From contig JABLTJ010000025.1 in the NCBI GenBank assembly GCA_013166775.1, positions 111 through 24,110 on the forward strand: 24,000 nucleotides of DNA. Direction: 5' to 3'. A model generated the notes under the pieces. The model did not search any database, was not told the origin of the DNA, and saw nothing but the letters and a program-made list of their open reading frames with translations. Position 1 is the first letter of the stretch. Every line of letters begins with the position of its first letter. Both the position numbers and the translations under genes were made by a program. Positions 1 to 10,292 of this stretch are shown here, piece after piece. This stretch comes from Promethearchaeati archaeon (GTDB lineage: Archaea; Asgardarchaeota; Heimdallarchaeia; Heimdallarchaeales; Heimdallarchaeaceae).

Positions 1-14
1 GTGCTCAATAGTAT

Positions 15-689
15 TTAATCTTTGAAAGCTCTGTTTCTTCGTTTCCTTTTAAGATATGCTCGAACTAAGAACAGAAGGGAAAAGACATAAAACGGTATTT
101 CGAAATCTGCCACTTCTATAGTTTGTGTAGGAGAAACAACTCTGGTATCGTTATTATACTCAAAAAAGTAGATGATGGTTGTTTCACTAACATCAATAAT
201 CAGCTTTTCTGTCACTACAGGAACAGGACAAGTACTGCAATTTGTGTAATCAAACCACAATTCATACCTGCCTAGAGGAAGACTCTTGTTTAGGTGATAC
301 CATATCTCGAAATAGAAGTTGTAAGTTTCTTTCTTAATGCCAGGACGAAATGTATGCTGCCCCATTACCCATTCAACACTAAAAGCTTGATAAACCTCGA
401 GAGTCTTATTCACTAAATTGGTTTTCAATCTAGGAAAAGGGTAAGGAGCACATACAAAGTCTATTGTTATCCAAGATTGTGTAGGATTCTCAATCTGATA
501 ATCCACAGTAAAACCAAAAAGAGTATAATTCCGTTTTTCATCCACACCCATTAATGGAGGAAAACTCGCATCCACCACTCTAACAATAAGATAATCCTCC
601 GCAGCAGAAATTTTTACTGATGGGTAAAAAGTGATCGATAAGATGCGGAGTGCAATTAATTGCCATTTTAAACGTTGAAGCGAATACAT
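15..689 (-). CDS. Hypothetical secreted / type-I membrane-anchored protein (probable surface glycoprotein)
   Basis: 224-aa ORF with an ATG start. The N-terminus looks like a signal peptide (MYSLQRLKWQLIALRILSITFYPSVKISA|AE). The C-terminus has a hydrophobic stretch followed by a basic tail (FYVFSLLFLVRAYLKRKRRNR). There are five N-X-S/T sequons (NYT, NKT, NKS, NCS, NDT). I recognise no family. Confidence 0.55.
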   Translation of the reverse strand: MYSLQRLKWQLIALRILSITFYPSVKISAAEDYLIVRVVDASFPPLMGVDEKRNYTLFGFTVDYQIENPTQSWITIDFVCAPYPFPRLKTNLVNKTLEVYQAFSVEWVMGQHTFRPGIKKETYNFYFEIWYHLNKSLPLGRYELWFDYTNCSTCPVPVVTEKLIIDVSETTIIYFFEYNNDTRVVSPTQTIEVADFEIPFYVFSLLFLVRAYLKRKRRNRAFKD

Positions 690-787
690 GCAGACAACTT
701 TCCATCTGTTTTTGAAATTAAAAAGTTTCTCCCAAATTCTTATTTTTTATTTTTTTATCTCTGAGTTAGTAGATAAAGTGAAAGTAA

Positions 788-1606
788 TCAAAAAGATAAG
801 CTATCACTCAGTTCAATACAAAAAGTGATATCAAATAATATGGTTGAAAATAGAATCAATTTTCTATCAATAACATTTTCTTCATCTAACACATTAGAAT
901 TTTGAAGAAGAGAAGAATAGAAATTCACTAGAGCACGAAGTAGATTTCTAGCTAGCTCTTCTTGCTCCCAATTATTAAAATCTCTATGTTCAAAATCAAA
1001 ATATTTATTGTAAACTTCCGCTACTAGACTGAAGGATATTCCTACTTCTGGGAAGGATTGGAGAAATTCTCCAGAATTTACTTTCTTATTTAAGTTTTCT
1101 ACTGTTTTTCTTATCTTTTCTTCAATATTATATTCTTTAGTTAAACCATATTTTGATAGAAATAATTCAGAAGCGTTATCAGAAAGAATGTACTTTGCTG
1201 TAGGGAGATATTTAAGTTCCTCATCCACAATTTCAAAAAGATCAAACAACTCCCAATCAATGAAACCAGTGAATGTATCAAATCCCTTTAATCCGTATTC
1301 ATTCATTATATTTTCTCTAGACCTTTTTCCATAAATAATATCAATGAATCTTTCTTTTTCTTTTTTGTAAAAATTCTTAAAATTAACAAAAACGGTAATT
1401 TTCTCCTTAATAGTAAAATCACAGTAATCGCATTTTTCTTTATCAACACTTAGAGGATTTTTGCAATTTGAACATAGCTTTTTGTCACCATGTAAAAAGA
1501 CACCACACTTGGCACATAAATCATTATTTGAATTATTGAAAGTATTACAGTTAACACATGGGTAAACGGAAAAAACAGTTTCTTCAGCAGCCATTTTTAC
1601 TTCCAT
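788..1606 (-). CDS. Double zinc-ribbon protein with a C-terminal helical domain (hypothetical)
   Basis: 272-aa ORF. The N-terminus carries four CxxC pairs (CVNC...CAKC, then CSNC...CDYC), which fits two tandem zinc ribbons. The rest is predicted helical. It lies on the same strand as, and about 100 nt downstream of, the Rab-like GTPase gene. Confidence 0.6.
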   Translation of the reverse strand: MEVKMAAEETVFSVYPCVNCNTFNNSNNDLCAKCGVFLHGDKKLCSNCKNPLSVDKEKCDYCDFTIKEKITVFVNFKNFYKKEKERFIDIIYGKRSRENIMNEYGLKGFDTFTGFIDWELFDLFEIVDEELKYLPTAKYILSDNASELFLSKYGLTKEYNIEEKIRKTVENLNKKVNSGEFLQSFPEVGISFSLVAEVYNKYFDFEHRDFNNWEQEELARNLLRALVNFYSSLLQNSNVLDEENVIDRKLILFSTILFDITFCIELSDSLSF

Positions 1607-1663
1607 TTAACATACTTAACTGTACATTTAAGCTTTGCGAGGCAAAAATAAAGCAGATGAATG

Positions 1664-1685
1664 AAAATGAAAGAGAAAAGAAAAA
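1664..1685 (-). terminator. Oligo-T tract cluster (candidate archaeal terminator) downstream of the Rab-like GTPase gene
   Basis: Read on the minus strand, runs of T5, T4 and T4 (tttgaTTTTTcTTTTctctttcaTTTTc) begin about 23 nt after the GTPase stop codon (1708-1710). Archaeal termination commonly uses oligo-T. The AT-rich background makes this call weak. Confidence 0.3.
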
Positions 1686-1707
1686 TCAAAGTAAATGGAA
1701 TTATGAA

Positions 1708-2295
1708 TTAGATGATATATTCTTCTCGGAATTTCATGTGCTCATTACTGAATTGATGAGAGAGGCGACTGGCATGATAAAAGAGTTTGTCAACGTTGTG
1801 AGAGGAAAGAGCAGAGGTTTCAACGTAATCAAAACGACGGAGACGAACATAGTCGAGAATAGCATCTTTGTCAACAGAACGAGCATCAACAAGATCGAAT
1901 TTGTTACCACAGATGACGATAGGGATGTCGGGGCATTTACCAATAACCTCATTGACCCAAATTTCGACATCGTCGAAGGAGTTCTGGTTGGTGATGTCGA
2001 AAATGATAACGGCGCAGGTAGCACCAGCATAGTATTTGGGGCGGAGATAGGTAAACATCTCTTGGCCTCCCGTGTCCCATAGACTCAGCCTTAAAGTCTC
2101 TGGTTCACTATATAATTTCTTTGTTAAATTTTCATTTAGTTGTTCTTCTGTTAATGTTATTGTTTTTGTCAGCCATGATACACCTAATGTTGGTATGTAG
2201 CTGTGTATGAAAGTGTTTAACGTGAATCTTCTTGCTAAGCTTGTTTTTCCCACAAATGCTGATCCTACACAAATTATTTTTTGTAGTTGATTCAT
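1708..2295 (-). CDS. Rab-like small GTPase (Ras superfamily)
   Basis: 195 aa. G1 is GSAFVGKT, switch I is YIPTLGVSW (compare Rab YxxTIGVDF), G3 is WDTGGQE, G4 is GNKFD and G5 is ETSAL. The segment WDTGGQEMF...YYAGATCAVIIFDITNQNSF aligns by eye with Rab WDTAGQERF...YYRGAHGIIVVYDVT. There is no C-terminal Cys prenylation motif (the protein ends REEYII). A GGAGA Shine-Dalgarno-like motif sits inside the 3' end of the upstream gene. Confidence 0.9.
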   Translation of the reverse strand: MNQLQKIICVGSAFVGKTSLARRFTLNTFIHSYIPTLGVSWLTKTITLTEEQLNENLTKKLYSEPETLRLSLWDTGGQEMFTYLRPKYYAGATCAVIIFDITNQNSFDDVEIWVNEVIGKCPDIPIVICGNKFDLVDARSVDKDAILDYVRLRRFDYVETSALSSHNVDKLFYHASRLSHQFSNEHMKFREEYII

Positions 2296-2299
2296 TTTT

Positions 2300-3148
2300 C
2301 TATCTCCACACTATTGTTAAAACATCCTGTACTAAACTTAATCCGAGCATTCTTTCCCATTCTCTTTTCATTATCGTTGGTAATTTGTACGAAATTATTT
2401 GTCTCAGACCTTCTTTTCCGAATTGTTCATCCAGATATTCAATTATATTCTTCATCAGAAGTATGAATTCTCTTTTTACTTCTGTTGTTGTCCCTTTCTG
2501 TATATCCACTTCACAGAAATCAAATCCTTCTTCTTCTTCAATTTTGAACTCTTCTTTCAAATGGTAAGTATTACTCTCAATATAATTTCGGAAATTCTCT
2601 ATTATTGATTCAATAGTTACTTCTTTCTCTGCTGCGCTTTCCACTATGTACATCCTTATACCAAGCCATACAGAGTTAAGTATATTTTCAAAAACTTCTA
2701 TCATGTTTCTCTTATCTATATCTTCAATATGCAGATCTAAAACATTCCACAGCATAAAGGAGTGTGCGAGAGACTCTGATACTTCTCTCCTCTTTATTCC
2801 TTCTAGTTCTAACAGAAACTCATTTGTGCTTTCTTCATCCGTTATTTCAAAAGCGTTTAGAAATAATTTCATGAAGAAGAATAATTGTGAGGAAACCATA
2901 TCTGTTGAATAATTAGGTGGGCTTAAAAGAACAAACAGAAAGGAGTACTTACTCATGAATAAAATTTTGGAGTTCTTAAATTTCAAAACCTGTAATTCGT
3001 TAAGAGTTGGTTGTTCTTCTGTTTCTTTGTAAAATGAAAGTAGTAATCGAATGATAGCATCTACTTCTGTTTCATCAGTACTTATCTTTAATGGCCTGCA
3101 AAATAGCACGTCCATCTTTTCTTTATTTATGATGTAGAATCCCATCAT
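2300..3148 (-). CDS. Hypothetical protein with an N-terminal longin-like module plus a helical C-terminal domain; candidate partner or regulator of the Rab-like GTPase
   Basis: 282-aa ORF. Its TAG stop (2300-2302) is only 4 nt from the GTPase ATG (2293-2295). Residues 1 to about 110 show a beta-beta-alpha-beta-beta-beta-alpha hydrophobicity pattern (GFYIINKE / DVLFCRPL / EVDAIIRLLLSFYKE / LQVLKF-SKILFMS-FLFVLLS / MVSSQLFFFMKLFLNAF). The fold call is an inference from residue patterns, not a database hit. Confidence 0.65.
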   Translation of the reverse strand: MMGFYIINKEKMDVLFCRPLKISTDETEVDAIIRLLLSFYKETEEQPTLNELQVLKFKNSKILFMSKYSFLFVLLSPPNYSTDMVSSQLFFFMKLFLNAFEITDEESTNEFLLELEGIKRREVSESLAHSFMLWNVLDLHIEDIDKRNMIEVFENILNSVWLGIRMYIVESAAEKEVTIESIIENFRNYIESNTYHLKEEFKIEEEEGFDFCEVDIQKGTTTEVKREFILLMKNIIEYLDEQFGKEGLRQIISYKLPTIMKREWERMLGLSLVQDVLTIVWR

Positions 3149-3275
3149 TATTCGAGCAACTCTTCAAGGATTAATGTGAGAAATTTATCTCTTGATTATA
3201 TATTTAAAATAACATATAGGCAACATTAATCTCGAAACATGAAAAAGAAGTTTGATGGTTTTACTTTATCAATTT

Positions 3276-5489
<2,214 letters not shown>

Positions 5490-5625
5490 TTATTTTACGC
5501 TTATTTTCCGATTATCTTTGAGCTTTATAATGGTTTGTTTTATGTCGTTCTATCACACTTATACCTTCAGAAAAATCATATATAAACTGGTCTTAATCAC
5601 GAATAATTTTAGTTTTTCTTAAGAT

Positions 5626-5632
5626 AAAAAAA
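5626..5632 (-). terminator. T7 tract immediately after the stop of the polyferredoxin-like gene (candidate terminator)
   Basis: The minus strand reads TAA-tgcag-TTTTTTT directly after the stop codon at 5638-5640. Confidence 0.35.
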
Positions 5633-5637
5633 CTGCA

Positions 5638-6561
5638 TTAAAACCTGAAGGTTAGTTTTAATGCACCCTCCTTACAAGCATCGATACAATCACCACAATT
5701 CGTACACATTTTATCTGTTACATCCCGATCAAAAGTTAAAATCGGAATTTGTACAGGGCACGCTTGTTCACAATCATTACAACCACTTAAACAACGGTTT
5801 TTATTCAAACGAATACCTAAAAGACTAAATCTGCTGAAGATGCCTAGGAGTGCTCCAGTTGGGCAGAACCATCTACAATAAGCTCTGGGATATAATGTAA
5901 TAAGTACTAAAACAACTATGAATATGATTATTCTTAGAAAGAAGATAAATCTCCAATCACCCATTTCAGCACCAAGAGTAGTTCCTTGAATTCCCCATCG
6001 TAAATAATAGTAGAGTGAAGCGAAAAGTGTTGATGCGGGATCTATTGTACTAAACGGCATATCTTTTCCTGTCCCAAAAGCACTTTTTGCTCCGCTTCTC
6101 ATGTAAGTTAAACCAATGATAAAAGACATCAATAATACAAAAATCACAATACCTATTCCAATTCTGCTAAGATTTTTATTTGTAGGTTTCGAAACTTTCT
6201 TCTTTTTGATTGGAATAATTCTGAAAATATCTTGAAATAAACCAAAGGGACAAACCCAACCACAAGTAGTTTTACCAAAAATGGTACCAAACAATGCAAA
6301 TATAGAAATTGCTAGGTATGGAAAAATCCAGAAAGTCATTGCATACTGTAATGCTTCAAAAGCATTCCAAGTAGTACCAAATTGAGCACCTGTTGGAAAT
6401 TCAATTGGCAATAGTACACTTACTCTGCCCAAACCAAAGATAGCTCCATTCAGTAGACCAAATGATATGATTTGAACAATTACTCGGATAATCTTAATTC
6501 GGTGTTCACTTATTGGACGTAAAGCAGTAGTTATTTTTGTTTTGATCTCCTTTGTTGCCAT
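5638..6561 (-). CDS. Integral-membrane 4Fe-4S binding protein, NapH/MauN-like polyferredoxin family
   Basis: 307 aa with multiple hydrophobic segments. It has two CxxxCPxG motifs (CGWVCPFG and CRWFCPTG) and C-terminal ferredoxin-type cysteine clusters (CLSGCNDCEQACP and CTNCGDCIDAC). Confidence 0.85.
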   Translation of the reverse strand: MATKEIKTKITTALRPISEHRIKIIRVIVQIISFGLLNGAIFGLGRVSVLLPIEFPTGAQFGTTWNAFEALQYAMTFWIFPYLAISIFALFGTIFGKTTCGWVCPFGLFQDIFRIIPIKKKKVSKPTNKNLSRIGIGIVIFVLLMSFIIGLTYMRSGAKSAFGTGKDMPFSTIDPASTLFASLYYYLRWGIQGTTLGAEMGDWRFIFFLRIIIFIVVLVLITLYPRAYCRWFCPTGALLGIFSRFSLLGIRLNKNRCLSGCNDCEQACPVQIPILTFDRDVTDKMCTNCGDCIDACKEGALKLTFRF

Positions 6562-6582
6562 GATATCACTCTTCCTTTTCTC

Positions 6583-6762
6583 CTAAGCCCATGGACGTGG
6601 AAAACCCGCTACATAAGTATTCAAGAAATCTTGTACTTGAGTTTCTGTAAAAGTACTAATTGTTTCATAAAGATTAGCTTGTTGATGTACAAATGCAATT
6701 AATAAGAAAATTATTCCTATTGAGAGGAAGAATATTAGATATATTCGTGCTCGGGTATTCAT
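6583..6762 (-). CDS. Small single-pass membrane protein, probably co-transcribed with the NapH-like gene
   Basis: The ORF-track start at 6780 is a TTG codon. The first ATG (6760-6762) gives MNTRARIYLIFFLSIGIIFLLIAFV..., which is a basic N-terminus followed by one TM helix. The stop is 21 nt upstream of the NapH-like ATG, and that spacer contains GGAG. No family recognised. Confidence 0.45.
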   Translation of the reverse strand: MNTRARIYLIFFLSIGIIFLLIAFVHQQANLYETISTFTETQVQDFLNTYVAGFPRPWA

Positions 6763-6967
6763 GATGACTGAAGACTTCAAAAAACTTACTTATTAAAAGT
6801 TTTACTTTAAGAAATCTATTTTCCTAAATTGATATCATTCTCATAGTTAATTGAGAGAGAGCTAAAAATTAGGGCGATTTTATCCAATATTAGAACAAAA
6901 CTATCTTCTCGCAATCATAATGCATTTAAACTGTTGAAATTAAACACTATACAGGAGTTCAAGTGAA

Positions 6968-7219
6968 ATGTGGAAAGTTACACCACTAAAGTCATGCATT
7001 CTGGCAATTTTAGAAAAACGAGGCGGAATTCTTTTAGAGAACGATTTAGAAAATCCTTTGAAAGAGATGTATGGTGATTTCAGTGAATCAGAATTAAATA
7101 AAGCACTAATGACACTCGAAAATCAAGGATTAGTTCATGTAACTTGGATTTCAAAAACAAGAAGAAGAATTCAGAAAATGACAAAGGATATGGGATTTCT
7201 AGCTATTGGTGAAGACTAG
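6968..7219 (+). CDS. Small hypothetical protein, possibly winged-helix-like
   Basis: 83-aa ORF with AGGAG about 10 nt upstream of the ATG. The pattern ILAILEKRGG...ELNKALMTLENQGLVHV...KTRRR resembles helix-turn-helix plus wing. This is a weak, pattern-only call. Confidence 0.45.
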   Translation: MWKVTPLKSCILAILEKRGGILLENDLENPLKEMYGDFSESELNKALMTLENQGLVHVTWISKTRRRIQKMTKDMGFLAIGED

Positions 7220-7255
7220 TTTGGAAATGATTTTTCACAATATCTTAGCACACAT

Positions 7256-8509
7256 TTACTTGGTATAAATCACAAGTTTTCTGTTTATTATATTGTGCTT
7301 TCTCCCAATCTGAACAGGTAGTTTTACATTGAATAATGTACTTTTAGTTTGAAACTCTAATTTGCAGTTTTTAGCAATCTTTTGATAATCAGGATATATT
7401 GAATAATCTTGCGAATATCTATATTCAGGAATGATTAGGATAACCCGATGACCTGTCTTTAGATATTCCACACTTTTTTGTAAAACCTTTGTATAGAGTT
7501 TTTCCAGCATGGTCATTGTATCCTTAGCTTTTTCTTTGGTTGGTAGTTCCTTGATGAAAGGACCAAGATATGGTTCAGTTACCAGTCCTCCAATTTTAAT
7601 ATCAATTACTTCGTTGAGATTTTGAGAATCAAGAAGGTATATCGACCACTTGTCTTTCATTCGTTCCTTAGAAGGAAATTTCATTGAGAAATGATTTAAA
7701 TTAGCTTTACTTGCCCTAACACTTTTTGGATCTCTATCTATTCCTATTGCTTGTAAGTTTTGTTTAAGTCCTTCCAGTAAAATTGTTCCTGTTCCACAAA
7801 AAGGATCAAACAAAACATCTCCTTCCTGTATTTTTGAGAGATTCACTAGAGTCCTAGCTAATTTTATTGAAGTACCATGAGTAAAGAGCCGAACTGGTCT
7901 TTCTTCATCTTGTTTTATGTCCTTAAGTGGATTAGTTACCCACTTTAGATGTCCAATAAAAATTGTTGATTTTATAACCAAGCAAGTTATTTCAATTCCT
8001 CGCTTATGAAAATTTTCTTTGAAAAATTGATATGGGGATAATTCAGATGTCTCTTTTTTTGGGGAACGGATTTTTGATTCAAAAAGTAAATCAGATGATG
8101 TTTGATATATAGATTTCTTGATTATACTATTGAGTTGTTTTCTAATTGTAATTGTAGAAGTTTGGATATTTATTGAAAACTTAATTTTTCTTGTTTTCTG
8201 AATTGGTAAAGTTTGAAGTGTTTTTTTAAGATAAGCAATAATTTTAGGTTTCAACTCATTTAAGTCATTCACTTTTTCTTCAAGCTCAATAAAACCTGCT
8301 TTAATTATACTCCCAGATTTTTCCAGAGATTTGATCAATTTGGTCTGTTGTTCTTTACTCAATTCCAGTAAAAGATATTTTTTCCATTCCTGGAACTTTA
8401 ACTCCGTTATCGAAAATTCTTCCAAAATCGACGATAACTCTAGCTTAGACAATTCACCGTTAGCTCCTAGTTTTATAAAAGTGTTGAAAGAGAGTGACAT
8501 TTTAATCAT
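7256..8509 (-). CDS. Class I SAM-dependent RNA methyltransferase, Trm11/Trm-G10 (UPF0020)-like
   Basis: 417 aa. SAM motif I is VLFDPFCGTGTILLEG, followed by AIGIDRD. The N-terminus (KLGANGELSKLELSSILEEF) resembles the N-terminal ferredoxin-like domain seen before THUMP in Trm11-type enzymes. Motif IV reads VTEPYLG instead of the canonical (D/N)PP(Y/F). The start codon overlaps the FEN1 stop (TAATG). Confidence 0.7.
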   Translation of the reverse strand: MIKMSLSFNTFIKLGANGELSKLELSSILEEFSITELKFQEWKKYLLLELSKEQQTKLIKSLEKSGSIIKAGFIELEEKVNDLNELKPKIIAYLKKTLQTLPIQKTRKIKFSINIQTSTITIRKQLNSIIKKSIYQTSSDLLFESKIRSPKKETSELSPYQFFKENFHKRGIEITCLVIKSTIFIGHLKWVTNPLKDIKQDEERPVRLFTHGTSIKLARTLVNLSKIQEGDVLFDPFCGTGTILLEGLKQNLQAIGIDRDPKSVRASKANLNHFSMKFPSKERMKDKWSIYLLDSQNLNEVIDIKIGGLVTEPYLGPFIKELPTKEKAKDTMTMLEKLYTKVLQKSVEYLKTGHRVILIIPEYRYSQDYSIYPDYQKIAKNCKLEFQTKSTLFNVKLPVQIGRKHNIINRKLVIYTK

Positions 8510-9546
8510 TAACCAAAAAAAGCATCGAGACTCTTCTGCTTAAGAGCTGTATCTTGTCCTTTCTTTGCTTTTTGCAAAGTGCTGGCTACTCGTTCTTTGT
8601 TAAAACCTCTTTCTTCACACAAGAATTGGATGATGCCATCCACATCAAGGGATTTAAAAATTAGGCTATAATCTTCAGTAACAACTGGATTGAGAAATAC
8701 ATTTCGTATTTCTCCAAAATCCTCATCAACGATAATTTTTTCTTCTTTCTCTATAACATCTTCTAAACTTCCGTGTTCTTTTATGAGTTTGAAAGCCGTT
8801 TTAGGTCCTACTCCTTTTACTCCCCCAGGATTAAAATCTGTACCTATCAAAATAGACATATCAATTAGCTGTTCTCTAGTAATATCTAATGTTCGTAATA
8901 ACTCATTCTGATGAAATTCTTCAACGTTAACTGTAACGGTTCTTGTGGATCTTGGGAGTTTTCTTTGACCAGAAAGAGTAAGATTTCTTATTAGAACAGG
9001 GGAACCGAATAATAAACTGTCATAATCTTGAGACGCAACAGCCCACACTTTTTTCTGGTTTACTAGATGAGCAGCTTGAGCTTCACCTTCTTGAGGTGCT
9101 TCAATCACTGGGATACCCATTAATTCCAATAATCTTTTGCTATCATTTATCATGTTTGTTGTTACAGCGCTTGTTCTTTGTGCAACTACTCGTGCCCGTG
9201 CCATATCTCCTCGTTCTAGTGCTTCTTCATACTCTTCCCTCGCTTTTCTTTTAACTTCACCCCTTCGTTTAATTTCTTCTCTCTTCAGCACTGAAGGTTT
9301 TCCATCAAAAACATAAGCTAGCTGGATTCCTTTTTCAATAAGTCTAGCATTTCTGTATAACAAACCTGATAAATGACTAGTCACGGTACCTTCAGAATCC
9401 GAGAGCAGACTGCCATCATAACCTCTTATAGAGGCTAGGAACTGGTATATGATATTATATGCATCAATAGCAAGTTTTTTTTGTCTAAGTTGATCTAATT
9501 CAATAGGAGTACCCTTAAACAGCTCACTTATTTTTTTGACACCCAT
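8509..9546 (-). CDS. fen: Flap endonuclease 1 (FEN1)
   Basis: There is strong by-eye similarity to archaeal FEN-1: MGVK..., IDAYNIIYQFL, TSHLSGL, VFDG, EGEAQAA, SQDYDSLLFG and GTDFNPGG.KG.GPKTA. A C-terminal PIP box is present (QKSLDAFF). I place the start at the MGV methionine (9546) rather than the upstream ATG at 9564, because FEN1 N-termini conventionally start MG. Confidence 0.95.
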   Translation of the reverse strand: MGVKKISELFKGTPIELDQLRQKKLAIDAYNIIYQFLASIRGYDGSLLSDSEGTVTSHLSGLLYRNARLIEKGIQLAYVFDGKPSVLKREEIKRRGEVKRKAREEYEEALERGDMARARVVAQRTSAVTTNMINDSKRLLELMGIPVIEAPQEGEAQAAHLVNQKKVWAVASQDYDSLLFGSPVLIRNLTLSGQRKLPRSTRTVTVNVEEFHQNELLRTLDITREQLIDMSILIGTDFNPGGVKGVGPKTAFKLIKEHGSLEDVIEKEEKIIVDEDFGEIRNVFLNPVVTEDYSLIFKSLDVDGIIQFLCEERGFNKERVASTLQKAKKGQDTALKQKSLDAFFG

Positions 9547-9611
9547 CGACGATCTACCTATCATTTGTTATATTTAATTTGAAATTAAAAACTTGTCTAA
9601 AATGAGAAAAT

Positions 9612-10292
9612 CTATCCATATTTCCCAGTTAAAGGAACAAAAGCTACTCCACCCATGCTTCTTTCATTAAAATCTTTTTCAGATTTTTTTTCAATAATTA
9701 CTAACTCTTGGTAAAACATTCTTCCAACTGGAATTATGAGCTTTCCATTAATTTTGAGTTGTTCCAGCAAAGGAGGTGGAATTTGTTTACTAGCTGCTGC
9801 TACTGAGATTATATCATATGGCCCTTCTGATGGATGACCTATTCCTCCATCTCCTTGAATAATTGTTACACGATCAGAATAACCCGTTCGTTCAATATTA
9901 TTTTTTGCAAATTCTACAAGCTCTGGGATTATCTCGACAGCATAAACATGACCTGGATTGTCAACTCCTTCAGGAGCAACCATTTCTGCAAACATAGCAG
10001 CATTGTAACCACTACCTGCTCCTACTTCAAGGATCTTGTTCCCAATCTGCGGATCTGAACATGAAGAGGAGATGTAAATCATTACCATGTGAATAGCACT
10101 GATTGTTTGTCCAGATAGAATTGGAAGAGGAGTATCAATGTAAGCCCTTTCCTTGTATTTTTCAAGAACAAATTCTTCTCTTGGTACGTTTAGAAAAGCT
10201 TGCTTCATCTGTTCAGTGACATTTATCCTATGAGTACGTAATCTTGATAAAACATCAATTTTTGTTTTCAGTAATTCTTCTTCTATGGACAT
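9612..10292 (-). CDS. pcm: Protein-L-isoaspartate O-methyltransferase
   Basis: 226 aa. The SAM motif is ILEVGAGSGYNAAMFAEMV. The conserved pre-region is PLPILSGQTISAIHMV, and the C-terminus has FVPLTG. Confidence 0.93.
   Translation of the reverse strand: MSIEEELLKTKIDVLSRLRTHRINVTEQMKQAFLNVPREEFVLEKYKERAYIDTPLPILSGQTISAIHMVMIYISSSCSDPQIGNKILEVGAGSGYNAAMFAEMVAPEGVDNPGHVYAVEIIPELVEFAKNNIERTGYSDRVTIIQGDGGIGHPSEGPYDIISVAAASKQIPPPLLEQLKINGKLIIPVGRMFYQELVIIEKKSEKDFNERSMGGVAFVPLTGKYG

Noticed and set aside
1558-2082. 174-aa plus-strand ORF and 98-aa minus-strand ORF (1734-2030) overlapping the Rab-like GTPase gene
   Set aside because: The frame encoding the GTPase has complete G1-G5 motifs. The overlapping ORFs have no motifs and show biased composition typical of shadow frames of a real gene.
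2232-2912. Three plus-strand ORFs (2232-2567, 2399-2608, 2646-2912) antisense to the longin-like gene
   Set aside because: They are rich in Phe, Ser and Ile, which is low-complexity translation of the reverse complement of a Lys/Glu/Asn-rich gene. They are fragmented and have no start context. I treat them as antisense shadow ORFs.
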